Assembly: GCF_002608075.1 (NCBI RefSeq)
Contig: NZ_LAHA01000035.1
Coordinates: 14,453 to 77,333, forward strand
DNA from: Nostoc linckia z4
GTDB lineage: Bacteria; Cyanobacteriota; Cyanobacteriia; Cyanobacteriales; Nostocaceae
Direction of reading: 5' to 3'
Length of the DNA: 62,881 bases
Shown: in pieces, positions 33,046 through 41,519 of the stretch
Position numbering within the stretch: position 1 is the first letter of the stretch
Layout: every line of letters starts with the position of its first letter
Notes under the pieces: model-generated
Told to the model about the DNA's origin: nothing
The model's database searches: none
What the model saw: the letters and a program-made list of their open reading frames with translations, nothing else
Translations under genes and position numbers: made by a program

Positions 33046-33121
33046 TGGTGTTTGATACAGGACTCGAACCTGCGACACATCGATTATGAGTCGATCGCTC
33101 TGCCAACTGAGCTAATCAAAC
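33046..33121 (-). tRNA. tRNA-Met (anticodon CAU; elongator-type, or tRNA-Ile2 if modified to lysidine), encoded CCA
   Basis: GTTTGAT-TA-GCTC-AGTTGGCA-GAGC-G-ATCGA-CTCATAA-TCGAT-GTGTC-GCAGG-TTCGAGT-CCTGT-ATCAAAC-A-CCA. G1-C72 pair, so not an initiator tRNA. Confidence 0.75.
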
Positions 33122-33540
33122 GATGGTATAGTTTCAAGTACTCGGCGACATACGCCCATACCATAGGTAGGCGCACCAGTCAGGCACACAGAACCCGAAC
33201 CATAGCTTTGTAACTTTCTTACTATTCCGCTTCAAATTTAGCACAATCAGATTGGGGTATGGAGATTAAGTACCAGTCACAGGACTTATATCATTTTGTA
33301 GTGAGTACTTAAGTCCTCAGAGACCATTTATAAAGTAAATCTTAAGTAGTAGCATGGCAAGCCCTAAATATTGCAATAGATTTTATTGTGGGATGGGTGT
33401 CCTCACCCGTCCGGGCGGGCAGGATGCCCACCCCACAAGAGTTTACTAATGCTCGATTTTAGTCTTGTCACGGCACTACATTAATTTTATTTTCGCTTTA
33501 TGAATAACCTCTCAGTCAATTACGAATTACTTTAAAAACT

Positions 33541-34233
33541 TCAGTCCGGAAAAGCTAAACCAGTCATAGGGTCGCGAATATACAACCCTAGTGTGAGACT
33601 ACGGATTGCTTCATCCCAAACGGGTATTAATTGTTCTGCTTGATCTGCCCAAAAATCGAATGTAATCAAGCACTGAACATTTGACCCCAAACCAATGCAA
33701 ATCCGCGAAAAAGCTTCCCGTGGTTCTTCTTGTGTGTCAATAAACTTAATTTCTGTCCAAACAATTTTAGCGGTTTGGCGCTTAACGGTGATAATTTCTC
33801 CCTTTTCAATGGGATTGCGACTGTCGTCTTCTACAATTTTCCTCAAGGTAGATTTAAGTGGAAACTGACTCCAATCGTGGGGAGGTAATTGATTAAAAGA
33901 TACTTCTAGACAGCAATCATCGTTGGGTGGTTTTTTATCGACGAATTTGAAAGATTTTTCTTGTGGCTCAAAAACCCAATCTTGAGGGACATTGAAGCGA
34001 ACAGCCCCACGATTAGCAACAAATATTTTGTAGCCCGATGGAGATTCCCAGCGATGATCGGGTTTTAATTCAAGCGTTTCTTTAATCCACTGGAGATTGC
34101 TTTTTTTACGCTTTGCCATAAATAGTGTTTTTGGGATCTTTGGTGAAGAGGGCATCACCGAACAGTCTGTCACAGGGAAAAGTTGTTTTAGTAACAGCTT
34201 ACGCCGCAGATGCTTTGGGTTTACCGCAGGCAT
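33541..34233 (-). CDS. Hypothetical protein (start probably at the internal MAKRKKSNLQWIK)
   Basis: ORF only. Flanked on both sides by copies of a small GC-rich repeat (33390..33440 and 34437..34480). Confidence 0.35.
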   Translation of the reverse strand: MPAVNPKHLRRKLLLKQLFPVTDCSVMPSSPKIPKTLFMAKRKKSNLQWIKETLELKPDHRWESPSGYKIFVANRGAVRFNVPQDWVFEPQEKSFKFVDKKPPNDDCCLEVSFNQLPPHDWSQFPLKSTLRKIVEDDSRNPIEKGEIITVKRQTAKIVWTEIKFIDTQEEPREAFSRICIGLGSNVQCLITFDFWADQAEQLIPVWDEAIRSLTLGLYIRDPMTGLAFPD

Positions 34234-34875
34234 CTAAACTCTTAAAGACAGACATCGCCCTTTTTGTTAATGTTATCAAATTGCTACGGAAATCTGGTTT
34301 TATTTAAAAAATTTATTTGCCTGCTGTCCTTGGCGCAGCACAAGCATTATAGGGGTTTCTCAAACCCTCAAATTCCTACACAGCCGTAACACACTCTACT
34401 GGCGTGGCAAGGCTAAAGTTATGCATTAGCTTGATTCTTGTGGGATGGGCGTCTCGCCCGTCCGGGGCGGGTTAAAGAATTTATCCATAAGAAATTTTAT
34501 CAAACAGAATTCAGGAGTCAGTCGTCAGAATTCAGTTAGGTATTCTGTATGACTGGCGTCTGAATAATCGGGTTTAAGACCCCCACCAAATTTTCAATTT
34601 GGTGGTCTTTAATCAGTCGCAAGTCTGAATCCCCGACTGATTTATTCTGACTCCTGAATTCTGACTCCTGAATTCTGACTTCTGAATTCTTCTTCAATAC
34701 AATATTTAAGGCTTGCTACGCCACTACACATACTTAGATTTTTTCATCAATCAAATCGAATTCCTATATAAATAGTTTTCCCAAAAGAAATTTCCGAGGA
34801 ATTGGAATAACTATTATATTAAAGAAAGAATCTTTGAGAGATTTGATATTCCCAAATTAAGGAAATCTCAGTGTT

Positions 34876-35526
34876 GTGATTAAATTTTCAGCTTTCAGGA
34901 TTAAAATTTTAGCAGCAGTATTCATGGTTATGGATCATGTGTGTTATTTGCTAATACCACAGTTGATAATTTTGCATTTAATTGGGCGATTGAGTTTTCC
35001 TCTTTTTGCATGGTTGTTGGCTGAAGGCGAAAAACACACCCAAAATATCTACCGCTATGGAAGTAGACTATTAATCACAGCAATTATATCTCAACCAATC
35101 TACACTTTTGTTTTTCGGAGCTTCTCACTTAATATTCTTTTTACGCTTCTGCTTGGGCTGGGGATGTTGCGTTTAGTCAATCGTTGTTCTCAATTATGGC
35201 AGAAATTAATAATTATTGGATTGTGTGCAGTGGTGAGTGAAATCTGGGATTTTGAGTATGGAGCCTATGGAATTGGGGTAATTTTATTAATGTCTTTAAC
35301 AGACAAACTAAAGCCGAAAGTATGGTTGCTTTACTGGTGTATATTTAACTTCATTTTAGTAGTGATATCTAGAGGATATTTATATCAAAGTTTTGCAGTT
35401 TTTTCAGGATTGATTGTGTTTCAATTCAATGGTAAACAAGGTTCGCGAGCTAGATGGTTTTATTTATTTTACCCGGCTCATTTAATAATTTTAGGTATAA
35501 TTTATTATTTAATACAATCCAGGTAG
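34876..35526 (+). CDS. Polytopic membrane protein, possibly TraX-family
   Basis: Multiple hydrophobic helices. The N-terminal KILAAVFMVMDHVCYLL resembles the TraX-family signature (IDHIG). Weak. Confidence 0.4.
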   Translation: MIKFSAFRIKILAAVFMVMDHVCYLLIPQLIILHLIGRLSFPLFAWLLAEGEKHTQNIYRYGSRLLITAIISQPIYTFVFRSFSLNILFTLLLGLGMLRLVNRCSQLWQKLIIIGLCAVVSEIWDFEYGAYGIGVILLMSLTDKLKPKVWLLYWCIFNFILVVISRGYLYQSFAVFSGLIVFQFNGKQGSRARWFYLFYPAHLIILGIIYYLIQSR

Positions 35527-35713
35527 ATTGAGGATTTGATTGGTGCGATCGCCTAAATTAAATCATGTCCTTTGAAATACTTATCATTTAGGGTGACGCG
35601 GGGATACGGAGACAAGGAGACGCCAAGAGATTTTAATCATTCTCAAATTTGTAATATTATTAACCTGCGTTGCACCCTTTTGAGAACCTCATACACTTAT
35701 TTTTGATGCCACA

Positions 35714-36223
35714 TCAATAAAGCCAGCTTTGATATTCTTGATTTACATCTTTCATATCGTTGTAAAGCCAGACCATGCGATCGATGAACCAAAGTTTACC
35801 GAGTGTAACTAAAGTATAACCCAATAGAGTAATCCAGCTGTTGAGTTCGATTAAGCCCCAAATGACTAAAATTCCACCAAAAGCAGAGATACCATTGAGA
35901 ATATTAGGCACGTGATGGTGGTGGTGGGGAACAGGAATTCGATCGCGATTTAACCAAACTCGTTCGCCAAGAACACCTCTAGAAATCCAATGGTCGGTTG
36001 ATTGTGGCTTAGGAAAGATGCGCGGGTTCAACCATATCCAAACAATGGCGATGGTAACAGGAATGAGTGACCACCAACCGAACCAAACACGGCTCCATGC
36101 TGCAAAAATTAGCAGTGGTAAGACAGTAATAAAACGCGTCCATCCACTCCAAGGGTTAGCATGACGTAACCAAGCATCATCGCTCATGCTAAAGGCTGCT
36201 GCTATCTTTTTTTCAAGAGTCAT
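35714..36223 (-). CDS. Hypothetical membrane protein with a His-rich motif (VPHHHHHVP)
   Basis: Three predicted TM helices and a conserved-looking W-rich segment. No assignable family. Confidence 0.4.
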   Translation of the reverse strand: MTLEKKIAAAFSMSDDAWLRHANPWSGWTRFITVLPLLIFAAWSRVWFGWWSLIPVTIAIVWIWLNPRIFPKPQSTDHWISRGVLGERVWLNRDRIPVPHHHHHVPNILNGISAFGGILVIWGLIELNSWITLLGYTLVTLGKLWFIDRMVWLYNDMKDVNQEYQSWLY

Positions 36224-36333
36224 AGAATTAATCTTAATTTGAATTCAAAGCTTACGATCGCCTACCTCACGACTATCGTAACTGGTCATTACATTGCAAG
36301 AATATAGATAAACCTAAATTTAGTTAGCAAAAG

Positions 36334-36556
36334 CAGCTTTGACTTTCTCAAACCCCAGTTTACTTTCTCATTTTGGTGTTTTCCGCAAGCAAAATCAGCT
36401 TTGACTTTCTCAAACCCCAGTTTACTTTCTCATTTTGGTGTTTTCCGCAAGTAAAATCAGCTTTGACTTTCTCAAACCCCAGTTTGCTTTCTCATTTTGG
36501 TGTTTTCCGCAAGTAAAATCAACTTTGACTTTCTCAAACCCCAGTTTGCTTTCTTT
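36334..36556. repeat. Tandem direct repeat, 62-bp unit, about 3.6 copies, immediately upstream of the 36699 gene
   Basis: Unit cagctttgactttctcaaaccccagtttactttctcattttggtgttttccgcaag[ct]aaaat starts at 36334, 36396, 36458 and 36520. Each unit contains a TTGACT -35-like hexamer. Confidence 0.85.
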
Positions 36557-36698
36557 TTTCAGTAGTTCGCGCATTCATGACAAATATCGCCCTTGTAGCA
36601 AAAGTTATTGCAGATTTGCCGGAATTCTCTCAAGCCGATCTATACGGAATTTTTTAAGGTAAAGAATATTAACCGTACTTAATTACAAGGTGTAGATT

Positions 36699-37124
36699 AT
36701 GGCTCGTAGAAAAAGAACTTCCGTAGTCTTAGAAAAAGCAGTGCGTCGTGCAGCTGGTATAAACTCAATTGCTTCAAATTTAGATTTAGGCAATGGACTC
36801 ACCTTACCTGCTTTCTCAAGCCTGATTGAAAAGATGCGGACTAGAGAAAATGCCTATAACAGTGCGCTTTCTAGCTTGGATAAATTGTACCGTGAAATGC
36901 TGGAAACAGAAAACGAGTTGGGAGATATGACAGAACACATGCTGATGGCAGTTGGGACTCGATATGGCAAAAGCAGTGTAGAGTACGGGATGGCGGGAGG
37001 AGTTCCTAAAAACCAGCGTCGTAAGGGACTCCGAGGCGAGTCGCCAACTTTCAAGGCTGATGAATCGTCATTTGTTGCTAGCGTACAGAGCAAGAATGGA
37101 AAAGAAACAGCAACAACAAGTTAG
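36699..37124 (+). CDS. Hypothetical protein; paralog of the 51556..51924 gene
   Basis: Shares about 40% identity with the 51556 product by eye (R.R.SV.L.KA.RR...I...LD.GNGL...EHML..V..RYGK.S.EYGMAGG). Confidence 0.5.
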   Translation: MARRKRTSVVLEKAVRRAAGINSIASNLDLGNGLTLPAFSSLIEKMRTRENAYNSALSSLDKLYREMLETENELGDMTEHMLMAVGTRYGKSSVEYGMAGGVPKNQRRKGLRGESPTFKADESSFVASVQSKNGKETATTS

Positions 37125-37197
37125 GATGTGGGCTATTAGCTGTATGAATCTAGATGTAGAGAGGTTGCAATGCAACGTCTCTACAAGGATTTTGATA

Positions 37198-38385
37198 TTA
37201 CACCAAATCCACTGAACCTGTGTATCCTTTGAGAATTCCCAAAGAAGCACCACATGAATTAATTAGTGTGTCATTGCCGATGTGGGTGAAGCTGGCGTTT
37301 AAGCCACTGACATTTAAGCGATCGCTGCAAGTAAAATTATAGATAATAGCAAAACCACTGCTTCCCAAAATTACTGTATCTGTTCCTTCACCCAAATAAA
37401 CGTTATCATTCCCCCCGCCTTTTACCTCTACAGATGAATCAAACAGCTTTGTATCTTGACTTAAAGGTTGCGGTAAACAAACCGTTCCGCCTTTGAGATT
37501 GATGACATTATTACCACTTCCCACTCGGATAGTATCATCACCGGAACCGGCAAAAATTAAATTATCACCAGAACCAGATTGAATCATGCTATTAGTATCA
37601 TTGGTAATAATTGTATCGTTGCCATCACCTGCATAAATTTTGGTAGAACTTAAGCCGGGAATACCAACAGCAACAATAAAATCTTGACCATCGCCTGTTC
37701 TAATTGTAGTTTCACCATAGGGAACAACAGCAATTTGATTGTCACCATCTCCAGCGATAATGCTTTGATCGTAAGATGGCGAACCGCTATCAAATATATA
37801 AGTCAATATTGAAACTTCACTGGTGATTACGTCATTTCCTGAGCCTGTTCTAATTCTGGCATCTCCGGCTCCTAAAAAAATTAAGTTGTTGCCTTTTCCA
37901 GCATCAATTGTTCGGTTGGCAAATCCACTTAAAGAAAAAACATCGTCTCCCGCTCCTGCCGAGGCAACTAATTTAGGAATTGCTGCTAAGCCAATGATAT
38001 GATTATCAGCATCGAGCAGATAATTTCCACCATAATCATCTAAAAAGTTGTTTCCACTGCCTAAACGAATTCTGTGATTACCTGCTCCTAAACTGACGTA
38101 ATCATCTCCTGCGCCAGTATAAACAATTGCCTCAAAATCATTGGTTTGGCAAGGTAAGGAGCTAGTTTGTAAAATCTCACCACTAAAAATGCTACTTTCA
38201 AAATTCAATGTTAAGTCTACTTTTCTGCTTAATAAAATAACATCATTGCCATCTCGCGTACTCAGGATATTATTGTTACCTTCAACAACAAACCAGTCTG
38301 AATTGTTAGTGCCGTTAATTCTTTGATTAGTATCTTGAATCAATTGTTGAGCATAGGTAATACCGCGAAAAATTTGGTTTGTCAT
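37198..38385 (-). CDS. RTX/hemolysin-type calcium-binding beta-roll repeat protein
   Basis: Many GxGxDxI/L nonapeptide repeats (GSGNDVITS, GAGDDVFSL, GDGNDTIIT, GSGDDTIRVGSGNNVI). Confidence 0.6.
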   Translation of the reverse strand: MTNQIFRGITYAQQLIQDTNQRINGTNNSDWFVVEGNNNILSTRDGNDVILLSRKVDLTLNFESSIFSGEILQTSSLPCQTNDFEAIVYTGAGDDYVSLGAGNHRIRLGSGNNFLDDYGGNYLLDADNHIIGLAAIPKLVASAGAGDDVFSLSGFANRTIDAGKGNNLIFLGAGDARIRTGSGNDVITSEVSILTYIFDSGSPSYDQSIIAGDGDNQIAVVPYGETTIRTGDGQDFIVAVGIPGLSSTKIYAGDGNDTIITNDTNSMIQSGSGDNLIFAGSGDDTIRVGSGNNVINLKGGTVCLPQPLSQDTKLFDSSVEVKGGGNDNVYLGEGTDTVILGSSGFAIIYNFTCSDRLNVSGLNASFTHIGNDTLINSCGASLGILKGYTGSVDLV

Positions 38386-38695
38386 ACAAAATACAGATTA
38401 ATGAAGCGCAAATTTATGTAGATGAGCCATTATTCTCAATAATTAGATAAAATCCGGTAAATTTACCAGAATTTTTCTGATACCGTTTGTTGATCGGGCT
38501 GCGCTAAATATCAGATTTTTCAGGAAATTTCCCTATTCCCTGTTCACTTTTAATCTTTTATAACCCTATTGCCTCTTGCCTGCCTATACAGATCGGTTCA
38601 TTAATCAAATCGGACTGCTATGGAACCAAAATTTTAACTCAAGGTGACTATCTAGACATTTTGGGAACTATATAAAAGTAAATCTGATTAGCAAC

Positions 38696-40909
38696 TTGCA
38701 ATTCCCACCAATGAAGACTCGCTACTTTAGCAAAAACAAGGCGCTACCATTACAAATTTTTCTTGTTGTTCCCTTCGCAATCCAAATTTTTGCCGCAGTG
38801 AGTTTAGTGGGTTATTTGTCCTTTAAAAATGGACAAAGGGCTGTTAATGATTTAGCAGAACAGTTGATAGATCGTACTAGTGGCGTAGTGGATGAACACC
38901 TCAAGTCTTATCTTGCCATTCCCCAAACCCTGAATCAGATTAATGCAGATGTTATTCGCAGAGGAATATTAGATGTGCGCGATCGCCAAACTGTTGGTAA
39001 GTATTTCTGGGATCAAATCCAAGCCTATGACCTGACTTATATTGGTATTGGATTAACAACGGGTGAAGGAGTAGGTGCTGCTCGTTATGATGGCAAAACC
39101 ATTACCATTGATGATTGGACAGCTAAGCCTCCTAACAATGTTTACACTTATGCTACTGACAATCAAGGCAATCGAACTCAAGTAAATGCCCGTTGGAATT
39201 GGAAAAATTCCCAGCAATCTTGGTACACTCAACCAATAGCCGCCGGTAAACCCATTTGGACAAAGATTTTAGTTGAAAACTTTCCCACAGGCCCCTACAT
39301 CGTCACCTCTGCAAGTCGTCCAATTTATGATTCGCAAAATCGCTTGCTAGGGATGATTGGCTGCGATATTCATCTGCTGAAACTCAGCGATTTTTTACGT
39401 AGTTTGGATATTAGTCAATCTGGACGGGTGTTCCTTTTGGAACGAGATGGTAGATTAATCGCCACTTCTGGCACAGAAAAGCCTTTTACTTTGATTAATC
39501 AAAAGGCTGAGAGATTGCGGGCCGTGGACAGCACTGACCCAATAATACAGACTGTTGCTAAACACTTACAAACTTCTAATGGGTTTCAGTCCATTACCAA
39601 AGACACAGATTATAGGCTGGAGTTACAAGGAAAAAATTATTTTGTAGATATTACACCTTGGCGTGACGAGTATGGTTTAGATTGGCTATTGGTGGTGAGT
39701 GTGCCAGAAAACGCATTTATGGCGCAAATTAACGCCAACACCCAAACCGCCATCACCCTTTGTTTTGCTGCATTAATCGTTGCTTCAATTATCGGTATCT
39801 TTACCTCCCATTGGATTGTACGCCCGATTCTACGTCTAAATCGGGCAAGTAAGGCAATGGCTTCTGGTAATTTAGCTCAAACAGTAGAAACTAGCCCCAT
39901 TCATGAACTCAATACCCTGTCTAACTCATTTAATTACATGGCAGGGCAATTGCATGAATCGTTTACAGCTTTAGAAAAAACCAAAGACGAACTAGAAGAC
40001 AGGGTACAAGAACGTACTACTGAACTCAAAAATACATTACAGGAATTACAGCGCACTCAATCTCAAATAATTCAAACTGAAAAAATGTCCAGTCTGGGAC
40101 AACTAGTTGCTGGAGTCGCACACGAAATCAATAATCCAGTGAATTTTATTCATGGCAACCTCATCCATGTGGAACAATATACCCAGGATTTATTAGCAAT
40201 TTTGCAATTGTATCAGCAGCACAATTCTAATGCTGCTCCAGAAATTCAAATTGCTGCCGAAGAAATGGATTTGGAGTTTTTGCTACAAGACTTACCCAAA
40301 GTCTTATCTTCCATGAAAGTAGGCACAGATCGCATTCGCCAAATTGTACTTTCTCTGCGAAACTTTTCCCGCATGGACGAAGCGGAATTTAAACGCGTCG
40401 ATATTCATGAAGGTATTGACAGTACTTTGATGATTCTGCAACATCGCCTCAAAGGTAAACCACAACAACCTGAAATTGAAGTCATCAAAGACTACGGCAA
40501 TTTACCTTTAGTAGAATGCTATGCCGGACAACTAAATCAGGTGTTTATGAATATTTTAGTGAATGCCATTGATGCCTTAGAAGAAAATCATTTTCAAAGG
40601 AATCATCAGCAAAGCCAGGATAATTCTCATCAAATTATCATTCGTACATCAGTGATGAATTCAACGTGGATAAAAATAGCGATCGCTGATAACGGAGTTG
40701 GTATTTCTCAAGAATTGCAGCAACGAATATTCGATCCCTTTTTCACTACTAAACCCATTGGCAAAGGAACCGGAATGGGTATGTCTATTAGCTACCAAAT
40801 TATTACAGAACAACATGGCGGCAAACTAGAGTGTTGCTCAACTTTAGGAAAAGGAACTGAGTTTATCATTCAAATCCCTGTACGCAGAAAACCTCAAACA
40901 GCAAGTTGA
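38696..40909 (+). CDS. Sensor histidine kinase with periplasmic Cache/CHASE-like, HAMP, HisKA and HATPase_c domains
   Basis: Two TM segments flank an about 300-aa extracytoplasmic domain. H-box AGVAHEINNPVNFIHGNL. N, G1 and G2 boxes (NAIDAL, DNGVGI, GKGTGMGMS). Confidence 0.8.
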   Translation: MQFPPMKTRYFSKNKALPLQIFLVVPFAIQIFAAVSLVGYLSFKNGQRAVNDLAEQLIDRTSGVVDEHLKSYLAIPQTLNQINADVIRRGILDVRDRQTVGKYFWDQIQAYDLTYIGIGLTTGEGVGAARYDGKTITIDDWTAKPPNNVYTYATDNQGNRTQVNARWNWKNSQQSWYTQPIAAGKPIWTKILVENFPTGPYIVTSASRPIYDSQNRLLGMIGCDIHLLKLSDFLRSLDISQSGRVFLLERDGRLIATSGTEKPFTLINQKAERLRAVDSTDPIIQTVAKHLQTSNGFQSITKDTDYRLELQGKNYFVDITPWRDEYGLDWLLVVSVPENAFMAQINANTQTAITLCFAALIVASIIGIFTSHWIVRPILRLNRASKAMASGNLAQTVETSPIHELNTLSNSFNYMAGQLHESFTALEKTKDELEDRVQERTTELKNTLQELQRTQSQIIQTEKMSSLGQLVAGVAHEINNPVNFIHGNLIHVEQYTQDLLAILQLYQQHNSNAAPEIQIAAEEMDLEFLLQDLPKVLSSMKVGTDRIRQIVLSLRNFSRMDEAEFKRVDIHEGIDSTLMILQHRLKGKPQQPEIEVIKDYGNLPLVECYAGQLNQVFMNILVNAIDALEENHFQRNHQQSQDNSHQIIIRTSVMNSTWIKIAIADNGVGISQELQQRIFDPFFTTKPIGKGTGMGMSISYQIITEQHGGKLECCSTLGKGTEFIIQIPVRRKPQTAS

Positions 40910-41519
40910 ATTGGTAATTCATATTCGTAAAAGCTACTTAAAATTTTCTTTTGTCATCAGCAATATCTCCTTCAAAAGGTTGAACCCCGCTAGCTGGATA
41001 ATCATCATCCTTGGGTGCAAAAATTCTGCTAACAGCAGTTAATATGTAGTTGATGATTTTTCCGAAAAATTCTTGAATTGAGTTGATAAATTGCCGTATT
41101 TTTGTAGAAATTTTCATAAAATAATTCCTTGCTCAGACGTTTTCCATTTAACTTTCCCGTCAACAGTCAACAATCAACACTCAACAACCACCACAATTGA
41201 TTATGCTTTTTTAGCGTCCATTATTTTATACTTGCAAGCATCATATAGTAATCCGATTTGATTCCTGAAATTATCTGCGTAGGTAGGGAACAGGGAATAG
41301 GGAACAGGGAACAGAAAAGAAGGGTATAGATGTGTAATGAATCTTGTTCAAAAATCAAATAGGAGTCCTATACTTTATATACAATCAAAATAAATTATCT
41401 CTACTCCAAGAGTGAGTTTTGTGAGTAATTTAGTCAAAAGTATTAGTAATAATTTCCCTCCAAAGAAAGAATAAACTACCAAGGATGATAGCCAGAATTA
41501 GGTAGTTTAATCTAATGAT

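Noticed and set aside
32733-33080. 115-aa minus-strand ORF
   Set aside because: It is the translation of the tandem tRNA genes and repeat B (for example LAQLEERS from the tRNA D-arm).
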